From contig CACPJN010000003.1 of the NCBI GenBank assembly GCA_902634235.1, positions 25,868-89,867 on the forward strand: 64,000 nt of DNA. The letters run 5' to 3'. Source of the DNA: an uncultured Pelagibacteraceae bacterium (lineage in GTDB: Bacteria > Pseudomonadota > Alphaproteobacteria > Pelagibacterales > Pelagibacteraceae). This document shows, in pieces, positions 45,263 through 54,152 of the stretch. Positions within the stretch are counted from its first letter, which is position 1. The number at the start of each line of letters is the position of its first letter. Below the pieces are notes generated by a model. That model saw only the letters and a program-made list of their open reading frames with translations. It was not told the origin of the DNA and did not search any database. Made by a program: the position numbers and the translations under genes.

Positions 45263-45583
45263 ATGGCAAAAATAACATACATAACCTCTGATGATCAAAC
45301 CCATACGATTGAGGTACAAAATGGTCTTACCGTTATGGAGGGCGCAGTTCAAAATAATATCCCTGGCATAGATGCAGACTGCGGTGGAGGAATGGCCTGT
45401 GCAACTTGCCATGTTTATGTCAAAGAAGATTGGTTTAATAAACTTCCCAAAAAAGAAGATGGTGAGGAAGATATGTTAGATATGGCATTTGAACCAAAAA
45501 CAAATAGTAGACTTAGTTGTCAAATAGTAGTTTCAGATGAAATAGATGGGCTTGAAGTTAATATTCCATCTAAGCAAGCATAA
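45263..45583 (+). CDS. fdx: 2Fe-2S ferredoxin (adrenodoxin/putidaredoxin type)
   Basis: [14 protein letters not shown] and SRLSCQ; probable ATG start at 45263. Confidence 0.93.
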   Translation: MAKITYITSDDQTHTIEVQNGLTVMEGAVQNNIPGIDADCGGGMACATCHVYVKEDWFNKLPKKEDGEEDMLDMAFEPKTNSRLSCQIVVSDEIDGLEVNIPSKQA

Positions 45584-46600
45584 ATGAATAAAACAGATGC
45601 ATTAATTATTGGAGCAGGTCCAACTGGATTGTTTACTGCGCATCAATTAAATTTGATTGGATTAAACTGTGAGGTAGTTGATAATTTAGATAAGATTGGT
45701 GGTCAATGCATTGAGCTTTATCCGGACAAACCTATATATGATATACCTGCAGTCCCTGAATGCACGGGTGAAGAATTAACTAACAATTTAATAAAACAAT
45801 TAAAACCATTTGATATTAAATTCCATTTAAATGAAAGAGTAGATGAAGTAAAAAGAGAAAATGACAATTGGTTTGTTAAAACCAATAGCGGTAGAACTTT
45901 TTTAACACCAAATGTTATTATTGCAGGAGGAGTTGGTTCATTTGAACCAAGAAAATTTTCTCCAAAAGAGTGTGAAAAATTTGAAAATAAATCATTATTT
46001 TATTCTGTAAAAGATAAAAAAATTTTTAAAGGCAAAACTGTTTCTATTTTTGGAGGGGGCGACAGCGCATTAGATTGGGCTGTTGAATTATCTAAAGATT
46101 GCAGTGTTAATTTAATACATAGAAGAGATGAATTTAGAGCTGCACAAGCTACAACTGATAAAATGCTTCAACTTGTAAAAGAAGGAAAAATAAATTTATT
46201 TACTAAATATCAAATGACATCAGTTAAAGGAAATCAACAATTAGAAAATATTGATATAAAACATGACAACAATGAGATTAAAAGTTTAAAAACTGATTAC
46301 GTTTTAGGTTTTTTTGGTTTGATAATGCAATTAGGACCGATTGCCGATTGGGGACTCAACATCAATAAAAAAACCATTGAGGTAGATACTGAAAAATTTG
46401 AGACAAATCAAAAAGGAATCTATGCAATAGGGGATATTTGTAATTATCCAGGGAAACTAAAGTTAATTTTATCTGGCTTCCATGAGGGTGCTTTAGCTGC
46501 AAGAGCTTGCTTTAAATTAGCTAGACCTAATGAGAAATATAGATTTGAATTTACAACTACATCAAAAAATTTATTGAAAAGACTTGGAAAAAAAGGGTGA
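45584..46600 (+). CDS. TrxB-like ferredoxin-NADP(+) reductase
   Basis: GAGPTG, GGQCIELYPDKPIYD, GGGDSALDW, HRRDEFR, no CxxC; adjacent to fdx. Confidence 0.88.
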   Translation: MNKTDALIIGAGPTGLFTAHQLNLIGLNCEVVDNLDKIGGQCIELYPDKPIYDIPAVPECTGEELTNNLIKQLKPFDIKFHLNERVDEVKRENDNWFVKTNSGRTFLTPNVIIAGGVGSFEPRKFSPKECEKFENKSLFYSVKDKKIFKGKTVSIFGGGDSALDWAVELSKDCSVNLIHRRDEFRAAQATTDKMLQLVKEGKINLFTKYQMTSVKGNQQLENIDIKHDNNEIKSLKTDYVLGFFGLIMQLGPIADWGLNINKKTIEVDTEKFETNQKGIYAIGDICNYPGKLKLILSGFHEGALAARACFKLARPNEKYRFEFTTTSKNLLKRLGKKG

Positions 46601-47226
46601 TAGATCTTTACTCAGCTAATACACCCAGTGGTAAAAAAATTTCAATTATGCTTGAGGAAATAGGATTTGAATACAACGTAATCAAAGTCGATATTAATAA
46701 TGGCGAACAGTTTAAAGAAGAATTTAAAAAAATTAGTCCATTAAGTAAAATTCCAGTAATAATTGATAATGAAAATAAAAAAACGGTCTTCGAGTCCGGG
46801 GCAATTTTAATTTATTTGGCTGAATTAAGCGGAAAATTTTATAATTCTGATGAAAAATTAGAAATTAACCAATGGCTCATGGCTCAAATGGGTTATGTTG
46901 GTCCAATGTTAGGACAGCATCATCAATTTCATCATTATAACCCAGGAAAAAGTAAATTTGGAGAAGATAGATATTTTAAAATTTCTAGACGAATATATAA
47001 AGAGTTAGACGAAAGACTATCTCAATCAAAATATTTATCAGGTAACAATTACACAATTGCAGACATTGGAACTTTTCCTTGGATTGCACGTCATGAATGG
47101 CATGATATTGGTCTTAAAAATTATAAAAATCTTACCAGATGGTACGAGGAAATCTCAAAAAGAGATGGAGTTAAAAAAGGATTTGCTTTTATGGATAAAA
47201 ATGAAGTTCCACCCAAACCTTGTTAG
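46597..47226 (+). CDS. Glutathione S-transferase, YfcG/YghU-like
   Basis: TPSG..ISIMLEE, KIPVI, FESGAIL, GPMLGQ and YTIADI. Confidence 0.9.
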   Translation: MIDLYSANTPSGKKISIMLEEIGFEYNVIKVDINNGEQFKEEFKKISPLSKIPVIIDNENKKTVFESGAILIYLAELSGKFYNSDEKLEINQWLMAQMGYVGPMLGQHHQFHHYNPGKSKFGEDRYFKISRRIYKELDERLSQSKYLSGNNYTIADIGTFPWIARHEWHDIGLKNYKNLTRWYEEISKRDGVKKGFAFMDKNEVPPKPC

Positions 47227-47327
47227 TTCATTGAGCTAAGCAATCGAAACAAAGAAGCAAAAATTCCATGACCCGAAACTTCTATGGCAAGGACGATAAT
47301 AATTATTAAAATTATTTTTGTATCCAT
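47223..47327 (-). CDS. Putative 34-aa membrane microprotein
   Basis: MDTKIILIIIIVLAIEVSGHGIFASLFRLLSSMN*; its ATG overlaps the upstream stop (TAATG) and it ends inside the GST stop region. Confidence 0.5.
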   Translation of the reverse strand: MDTKIILIIIIVLAIEVSGHGIFASLFRLLSSMN

Positions 47328-47452
47328 TAAGTAAATACAATAAATAACAAAATTATCCAAAATAGACCATAATAATAATATATATATTTTTTAGTAAAAT
47401 AATAAGTTACTGGATTGTGAACTTTTTTAGTTTTTTTCTTTTTTTTAGTCAT
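47327..47452 (-). CDS. Putative 41-aa tail-anchored membrane microprotein
   Basis: MTKKKKKTKKVHNPVTYYFTKKYIYYYYGLFWIILLFIVFT*; its ATG overlaps the dksA end (ATGACTAA). Confidence 0.5.
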   Translation of the reverse strand: MTKKKKKTKKVHNPVTYYFTKKYIYYYYGLFWIILLFIVFT

Positions 47453-47993
47453 CTGCGTGAACTTTTTCGTTTTTTTCGTGTTTTTCTTGAGCTGCAATAG
47501 TATATTTTGCAACAGGTCTTGCCATGAGCCTTTTTAGCCCAATCGGTTCTGCAGTATCCAGACAATAACCATAAGTATCATCTTTGATTCTTAACAAAGC
47601 TTTATCTATCTCAGAGATTAATTTAATTTGTCGATTTATAGCTTTCATTTCAACATTCTTATCTGTATACGAACTCGCTTGGTCAACGATATCTGCCGAT
47701 ATACTATTATCATCCATACTGCCATTATAAAGAGCTTCATTATTTGCTTTTACTAATTCTTTTTTCCAATCTTGTAATTTCATTCTAAAAAATACTTTAT
47801 GTTTTTCACACATATATTTTTCAGTTTCTTTTGGTTCGTATGTTTTTGAGATTTTAATTGGGCCTTTTTCAACCACCTTAGGCTTTATTGTAGTTTTAGG
47901 TCTCGGTTTACTTATTGCCTTTACTTTTGGCTTAACTACAGTTTTGATTTTTATTTTGGCAACCTTTTTTTTAACTTTTCTGCTTTTAGGCAT
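47445..47993 (-). CDS. dksA: RNA polymerase-binding transcription factor DksA
   Basis: DIVDQA coiled-coil tip and IDKALLRIKDDTYGYCLDTAEPIGLKRLMARP; probable ATG start at 47993. Confidence 0.9.
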   Translation of the reverse strand: MPKSRKVKKKVAKIKIKTVVKPKVKAISKPRPKTTIKPKVVEKGPIKISKTYEPKETEKYMCEKHKVFFRMKLQDWKKELVKANNEALYNGSMDDNSISADIVDQASSYTDKNVEMKAINRQIKLISEIDKALLRIKDDTYGYCLDTAEPIGLKRLMARPVAKYTIAAQEKHEKNEKVHADD

Positions 47994-48072
47994 ATTTTCA
48001 ATTTGAATTCGAGGGAGTATATTCAGCAAAATATGGGTGTCAAGCTACCTTAATTATTGTAAATATTTGATT

Positions 48073-49395
48073 ATGAATGTTTTAAACAGAAATATAAATA
48101 ATATTTTTTTTATCTTTGCTTTATCACATTTGATAATCTGGACACTGATTCCTTCCCTAACAAATAAAAATTTGCCATTAGATACAATAGAAGCACTAGC
48201 CTGGGGTAGCAATTTAGATTGGGGTTTTAATAAGCATCCTCCGATGAGCGCCTTTTTTTCTGAAGTATTTTTCAAAATCTTTGGGCCTTATGATTGGGCA
48301 TATTATTTTTTAAGCCAGATATTTGTTTTAATTGCTTTTTTTTATGTGTTTAAATTTGCAAATGAAATTCTAGGAAATATTAAATTGAGCTTACTTTCGG
48401 TTTTTTTGTTAGAATCTATCTATTTTTATAATTTTACCACTCCAGAGTTTAATGTAAATGTATGCCAACTACCTTTTTGGTCATTAGTTGTTTATTACTC
48501 TTGGAAAATTTATGATAAAAAAAATATAGAATTTATCGATTGTTTTCTGGTCGGATTGTTTGCTGCGATAGGCTTTTTGTCTAAATATTTATTTATATAT
48601 TTATTAATTTCAATTGATTTATTATTTATCTATCTGATCTTTATTAAAAAAACTAAAAAATTTGATTTTAAATATTTAATAACCATTGAGGTTTTTTTAG
48701 TTTTATTAATTCCTCATTTAATATGGCTTTTTAATAATGAGTTTATAACTTTCGTTTACGCTTTTAGCAGAACAGGTTTAGAGGAAACTGGTATCATAAG
48801 CCACATTAAGCATCCTATCATCTTTTTATTAAAACAATTCGGAATACTTTTTCCTTTTTTCTTTTTAATTTGGTTATTAATTAAAAAGATTAAATTTAAA
48901 ATTAATTTTAAAGATAAAAAATTACTTTTTTTATTTTCTATTAGTATTTTACCAATTATTTTAATTTTTATTACCTCTTTGATAATGGGGTCAAAAATTA
49001 GAACAATGTGGATGACACCTTTTTATTTATTTTTTGGAGTATTATTTGTCTATATATTTCAAGCTCAAATAAACTTAAAAAGAATTCATTCATTTTTATA
49101 TGGTTTTTTAGTTTTATTTTTTTTATCTCCAATTCTTTATTCATATGTTTCTCTTTCTCAAACAGACAAGCGAACTGACTATCCGGGAAAAGAAATAGCC
49201 GCTAAAGTTCAAATCATATGGAATCAAGATTTTGATAACGACATTGAATTTGTAACTGGTGATGAATGGAAGGGTGGAAATTTATCTTATCATTTAAAAT
49301 CAAGACCTAGATGGGAAGGTTTTAATGATAATGAAATTTTAAATAAATCTTCACAATTTATTTGTGTCGATGAAGTTTGTTTGGGGAGATACTAA
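48073..49395 (+). CDS. GT-C fold (GT39/ArnT/Rgt-like) membrane glycosyltransferase
   Basis: Multi-TM protein with DTIEALAWG..LDWGFNKHPP, GFLSKY and PHLIW; probable ATG start at 48073. Confidence 0.82.
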   Translation: MNVLNRNINNIFFIFALSHLIIWTLIPSLTNKNLPLDTIEALAWGSNLDWGFNKHPPMSAFFSEVFFKIFGPYDWAYYFLSQIFVLIAFFYVFKFANEILGNIKLSLLSVFLLESIYFYNFTTPEFNVNVCQLPFWSLVVYYSWKIYDKKNIEFIDCFLVGLFAAIGFLSKYLFIYLLISIDLLFIYLIFIKKTKKFDFKYLITIEVFLVLLIPHLIWLFNNEFITFVYAFSRTGLEETGIISHIKHPIIFLLKQFGILFPFFFLIWLLIKKIKFKINFKDKKLLFLFSISILPIILIFITSLIMGSKIRTMWMTPFYLFFGVLFVYIFQAQINLKRIHSFLYGFLVLFFLSPILYSYVSLSQTDKRTDYPGKEIAAKVQIIWNQDFDNDIEFVTGDEWKGGNLSYHLKSRPRWEGFNDNEILNKSSQFICVDEVCLGRY

Positions 49396-49408
49396 AGATT
49401 ATTAGATT

Positions 49409-50278
49409 ATGAAAATTAAAGTTTTAATTCCAGTTTATAATGATTGGCAATCTGTTTTTAAACTTATCGAAGAAATAAATAATTTATCTATTACATCTGA
49501 TTTTCAAATTTCTATTATCATAGTTAATGATGATTCCAATCATGATCGTTTAGATGCAGAAAAAGAATTTGAAAATATTCAATCTATAAAAATTTTAAAT
49601 ATGAAAAAAAATCAGGGTCACTCAAGATGCATTGCTACCGGCCTAAAATATATTTTTGAAAAAGAAGATTTTGATTATGTGATTCCTATGGATGGAGATG
49701 GCGAAGATAGGCCAATTGAAATAAAAGAATTTTTAGCTCAAATTCAAAGTCCAAATGAACAATCTATTGTAGGAGAAAGAGTAAAAAGATCTGAAAACTT
49801 AATTTTTAAAGTTTGTTATCAGCTACATAAATTAGTAACTTTAACTTTTACTGGCAAATCAATAAAATTTGGAAACTTTACCTGTTTGCCAAAAAAGACA
49901 GTTGAAAATATGATTAATGAAAAAGCTACTTGGAATAGTTTTTCTGGTTCGTTATCTAAAATAGAAAAAAATTTCATAAAAGTGCCGTCGATCAGAGGAA
50001 CTAGATATTTTGGACCATCTAAAATGAGTTTTTTAAATCTGATAAAACATTCATTATCTATCATCAGTGTTTTTAAAAAAACTTTTTTAATACGTTCTGC
50101 TGTATTTATAGTTTTATATATATTATTAATCAAAAGTAATGCCTCTGTGATAACGGCGTTACCTTTGGTATTTTTATTAATAGCAGTTTATGCCGTATCA
50201 AATTTAGCATTAAGAGAAAATATGGATGAATTTAAAAATTCTCTAAGTCAAATAAAGAGCATAGATAATATCAAATGA
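49409..50278 (+). CDS. GT2 polyprenyl-phosphate glycosyltransferase (GtrB/ArnC/RgtE-like)
   Basis: LIPVYND, VNDDS, NQGH, MDGDGED, RYFGPSKM and two C-terminal TMs. Confidence 0.85.
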   Translation: MKIKVLIPVYNDWQSVFKLIEEINNLSITSDFQISIIIVNDDSNHDRLDAEKEFENIQSIKILNMKKNQGHSRCIATGLKYIFEKEDFDYVIPMDGDGEDRPIEIKEFLAQIQSPNEQSIVGERVKRSENLIFKVCYQLHKLVTLTFTGKSIKFGNFTCLPKKTVENMINEKATWNSFSGSLSKIEKNFIKVPSIRGTRYFGPSKMSFLNLIKHSLSIISVFKKTFLIRSAVFIVLYILLIKSNASVITALPLVFLLIAVYAVSNLALRENMDEFKNSLSQIKSIDNIK

Positions 50279-52962
50279 AAAAAAGAGATCTTTATTATGA
50301 ACGAATACCAACCAAATTTTTCAGAGAAAATGTCAGATATCTAGGTAATATTTTAGGGAGAGTTATCAAAGAACAAGAAGGGCAAAAGTTTTTTGAATTA
50401 GTTGAAAAAGTTAGAAAACTCTCAAAAGCTAACAAAATAAATTCTAAAAATGATCAAACCAATCAAAATGTTGTTAAAGCAATTAAAAAACTAAGCCCAA
50501 AAAATTCATTTAAATTAACTAGGGCATTCACACATTTTATGAATTTTATAAATTTGGCTGATTTAATTGATGCTTCTAGAAAGCTTAATGAATATGAAAA
50601 TAGTAATAAGAAAACTTCAAACAATAATATATTTATAGAAGAAATATTTGAGGATCTCTTTAGAAATAAAAAGATTTCAGAAACAAAAATATACAATACC
50701 GCTAAAAATTTGAAAATTGGAATAGTATTGACTGCACACCCGACCGAAGTAAAGAGAAGAACTCTTATTCAAAAATATCATAATATAATTGAAATTCTTG
50801 AACAAAGAGATTTGCTTAAAAATTTTCCATCAAAATTAGTAGTTTTGGAGAAAAAACTTTTTGATGAGTTAACTATTATTTGGAATACGGATGATTTAAA
50901 AAGAATTAAACCATCTCCATTCGATGAAGCAAGATGGGGACTTGCAATAATTGAGGATAGTTTGTGGGATACAATTCCAAAAGTTTATAGAAGATTAAAT
51001 TCAATTTTTGTACAGAACATGAACAAAGGTTTGCCGAAAAATTTTAATCCTATTGAATTTGGATCTTGGATGGGAGGAGACCGCGATGGTAACCCGAATG
51101 TTACAGCTGATGTCACTAGAAAAGTAATTTTACTATCAAGGTGGGAGGCTGCAAAGTTGTACGAGAAAGCACTTACTAAAATAATAAGATCTTATTCTAT
51201 GGAAAAATGTTCGAAAAAAATTATTAAAAGTGTAGGCACATCTTTTGAGCCTTATAGAGTTTTTTTAAGGCCTCTAAGAGATAAAATGAGGATCACACAT
51301 AGATCGATAGAACAACACCTTGTTAATAAAAAACCTTTAGATCACAATAATTTGTTGAGTTCTCGAGAGGAGATATTAAAGCCTTTAAGAGTTGTAAGAG
51401 AATCTTTAGAACAAAATCAAAATGAAAATCTTGCTAGCGGTGAATTATTAGACTTAATGCGAAGGGCAAAGTGTTTTGGTATTAATCTTGCAAGATTAGA
51501 TATAAGACAAGAGTCTTCAAGGCATAGTCAGTTAATTAGTGAATATGTTAAAAAGAAATATAAAAAAAATTATTTAAAATTTAGTGAAAGTGAAAAAATT
51601 AAATTTTTAAAAAAACAAATACTCTCTAAAAAAAATCAATTAAACAAATTTCAATTTTCAAATAGAGAAAATAAAGAAGTTTGGTCAACTTTTAAAATTT
51701 TGGCCAATGAACCTAGTGAATGTCTCGGAGCTTATGTAATATCAATGACTAATTCAGCCTCAGATTTGTTATCTGTAATATTTTTACAAAAAGAAGCCAA
51801 TATTAAAAACAAGTTAAGAGTAGTCCCATTATTTGAGACTTTAGATGATTTAGTTAATGCCAAAGAAATAATGGAGAAATTATTTTCTCAATCATGGTAC
51901 AGAAAAGTTATTAAAAATGAGCAGGAGGTCATGATTGGTTATTCAGATTCAAGTAAAGACGCAGGCAAAATTTGTGCAAGTTGGCATCAGTATAAAGCCC
52001 AAGAGGAAATAATTAAATTGAGTAAAAAATATAATATTAATGTAACTTTTTTTCATGGAAGAGGTGGATCTCCTGGACGAGGAGGTGGCCCGATTCAATC
52101 AACTTTAAGATCACAACCTCCAAACTCTGTTAAAGGAAAAATAAGAATTACCGACCAAGGTGAAGTAATTCAACAAAAGTATGGTTATGAGCCTTTAGCA
52201 AAATATAATTTATGTAGTTACATTGGTGCAGTAACTGAAGCTACCTTAAAACCGTCGCCTGTTCCAAAAGCTAGTTGGAGATCGTTAATTGAAAAAATGT
52301 CAGAGATATCAAAAAATTCTTATAGAAAAAATATTAATCAAAGTTCTGATTTTATAAAATACTTTGAAACTGTCACGCCTCACAAAGCTCTTGGTAAACT
52401 TTCAATAGGTTCAAGGCCCTCAAAAAGAAAAAACATTGATACTATAAAAAGTTTAAGAGCAATCCCTTGGGTGTTTGCTTGGACACAAATTAGACTTATG
52501 CTACCTGCATGGCTTGGAAGTGCAGAAGCTTTAAGATATTCATACATAAAACAATTTAGAAAAACTTTATTTGATATGGAGAGAAATTGGCCATTTTTTA
52601 ATTCAATGCTTGATATATTAGACATGGTGATTACTAAAGCAGATCCTGAAATATCAAAAATTTACGAAGAGCATTTAGCAGATGAAAGTTTAAAGAGAGT
52701 TGGAAAAAAACTTAGATTTCAATTTGATGTTATTAAAAAACTAAATAAAAAAATTACGCCTAAAGAAATAATTGCTGCAAGAAAACAATTTAGAACATCA
52801 ATAGGTGTAAGAAATATTTATTCTGAAGTTTTGAATATAGTTCAGCCTATCGCAATAAAAAAAATTAAGACTATTAAAAATAAAAAAAATAAAGAATATT
52901 TGAATGATACTTTGTTGACTTCAATAGCAGGAATCGCTGCAGCAATGAAAAATACTGGATAA
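50275..52962 (+). CDS. ppc: Phosphoenolpyruvate carboxylase
   Basis: VLTAHPTE, GSWMGGDRDGNP, MIGYSDSSKDAG, FHGRGG, LRAIPWVF and C-terminal MKNTG. Confidence 0.97.
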   Translation: MKKRDLYYERIPTKFFRENVRYLGNILGRVIKEQEGQKFFELVEKVRKLSKANKINSKNDQTNQNVVKAIKKLSPKNSFKLTRAFTHFMNFINLADLIDASRKLNEYENSNKKTSNNNIFIEEIFEDLFRNKKISETKIYNTAKNLKIGIVLTAHPTEVKRRTLIQKYHNIIEILEQRDLLKNFPSKLVVLEKKLFDELTIIWNTDDLKRIKPSPFDEARWGLAIIEDSLWDTIPKVYRRLNSIFVQNMNKGLPKNFNPIEFGSWMGGDRDGNPNVTADVTRKVILLSRWEAAKLYEKALTKIIRSYSMEKCSKKIIKSVGTSFEPYRVFLRPLRDKMRITHRSIEQHLVNKKPLDHNNLLSSREEILKPLRVVRESLEQNQNENLASGELLDLMRRAKCFGINLARLDIRQESSRHSQLISEYVKKKYKKNYLKFSESEKIKFLKKQILSKKNQLNKFQFSNRENKEVWSTFKILANEPSECLGAYVISMTNSASDLLSVIFLQKEANIKNKLRVVPLFETLDDLVNAKEIMEKLFSQSWYRKVIKNEQEVMIGYSDSSKDAGKICASWHQYKAQEEIIKLSKKYNINVTFFHGRGGSPGRGGGPIQSTLRSQPPNSVKGKIRITDQGEVIQQKYGYEPLAKYNLCSYIGAVTEATLKPSPVPKASWRSLIEKMSEISKNSYRKNINQSSDFIKYFETVTPHKALGKLSIGSRPSKRKNIDTIKSLRAIPWVFAWTQIRLMLPAWLGSAEALRYSYIKQFRKTLFDMERNWPFFNSMLDILDMVITKADPEISKIYEEHLADESLKRVGKKLRFQFDVIKKLNKKITPKEIIAARKQFRTSIGVRNIYSEVLNIVQPIAIKKIKTIKNKKNKEYLNDTLLTSIAGIAAAMKNTG

Positions 52963-54152
52963 TGTTAAGGATAATTTCTGCAGCATTAGTTTATTTATTA
53001 TTTTGTACACCGTCTTTTTCAAATTTTAAAGAAATTAAGAAAAAAGCAAAAATAAATAATCCTGAAATTATTTTTCCAGTTTCAAAAAATTTAAATAGAT
53101 GTATGACGAAAATGTATTCCAATCCCATGACTAATCTAGTTACACCAATTCCAGAGGTGAAAGCTCCTAAAGGTTATGGATTAGATAATAGGTTTAATAG
53201 AGCATTACAAAGATTTGAAAATTTTAAACGTCCCTGCGGTGGGGGTAGTGTTGAAGCTTGCAAAAATGTAAAAAAGATTATTTTGGAATGGGCTAAAGCA
53301 GATGCCGCAAAAAGAACAGGTCCATCAGATCATGAGGGTAGACATTGGAATGATACTCTAACTGTAAATTTATGGGTGGCTTCACCCATGATGGCTGGTT
53401 ATTCTTTTGCAAAACAAGTGATAGATATCCCAACTAATGAGGATAAGATAATTAAAGATTGGTTTAAAAAGATAGTAAAGAAAAACAAACATCTTATGTA
53501 TGACATGACCTACAAAGATGGTACTCAAGCAAGAGGTGTTCCTAAAAGAGCTCATAACCATGCACTGTCATCTGCAATAAGTCATATGCAGTTGGGTGTC
53601 CTGCTAAATGATAATAAGCTTTTTAAAAAAGCTTTTAAAAATTATGAAGCCACCATTCGGTATCAAAGAAAAGATGGTAGTTTGCCCATTGAAACAAGAA
53701 GAGGTGGTAGAGCAATGTTTTACCAAGCAAGAGCAATGAATGCTTTAACAGTTATTGCAATTATTGCGGAAAACCAGGGCTATAATATTTGGGACTATGA
53801 ATATAAAGGCAAAAACTTTCATAATATTGTTAAGTTTTTCATCGATTTTACAGAAAATAACGAGATAGTTTTTAAATACGCCAAAGAAATGAAAGCACCT
53901 GGACCTGCAAAAAATTATAAAATGCAAGATCTTGATGGAAGACAAGGGAGTAATTGGGGCTGGCTTTATGCTTATGTAACTCGGTTTCCAGATCACGAAA
54001 ATGTCAAAAGACTTCAGCAATGGTCTTCAGATAGCAGTAATCTTAACAGTTACCAGGCTAAAATAGTTTTGAACTTTGAAAATATTTCAAAAAGAAAATT
54101 TGGCACTTCATCATGGACAGTTGTTGAACCAAATTGCCATTTTATTAAATAG
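52962..54152 (+). CDS. Secreted alginate-lyase-like protein (alpha/alpha toroid, PL5-like)
   Basis: Signal peptide, HNH in place of the NNH motif, DGSLPIETRRGGRAMFY. Confidence 0.65.
   Translation: MLRIISAALVYLLFCTPSFSNFKEIKKKAKINNPEIIFPVSKNLNRCMTKMYSNPMTNLVTPIPEVKAPKGYGLDNRFNRALQRFENFKRPCGGGSVEACKNVKKIILEWAKADAAKRTGPSDHEGRHWNDTLTVNLWVASPMMAGYSFAKQVIDIPTNEDKIIKDWFKKIVKKNKHLMYDMTYKDGTQARGVPKRAHNHALSSAISHMQLGVLLNDNKLFKKAFKNYEATIRYQRKDGSLPIETRRGGRAMFYQARAMNALTVIAIIAENQGYNIWDYEYKGKNFHNIVKFFIDFTENNEIVFKYAKEMKAPGPAKNYKMQDLDGRQGSNWGWLYAYVTRFPDHENVKRLQQWSSDSSNLNSYQAKIVLNFENISKRKFGTSSWTVVEPNCHFIK

Noticed and set aside
47453-47512. 61-aa version of the ORF downstream of dksA, and the + strand ORF at 47057-47239
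   Set aside because: The extra 20 codons lie inside dksA and the coupled ATG at 47452 is more plausible. The + ORF is an alternate frame of the GST gene.
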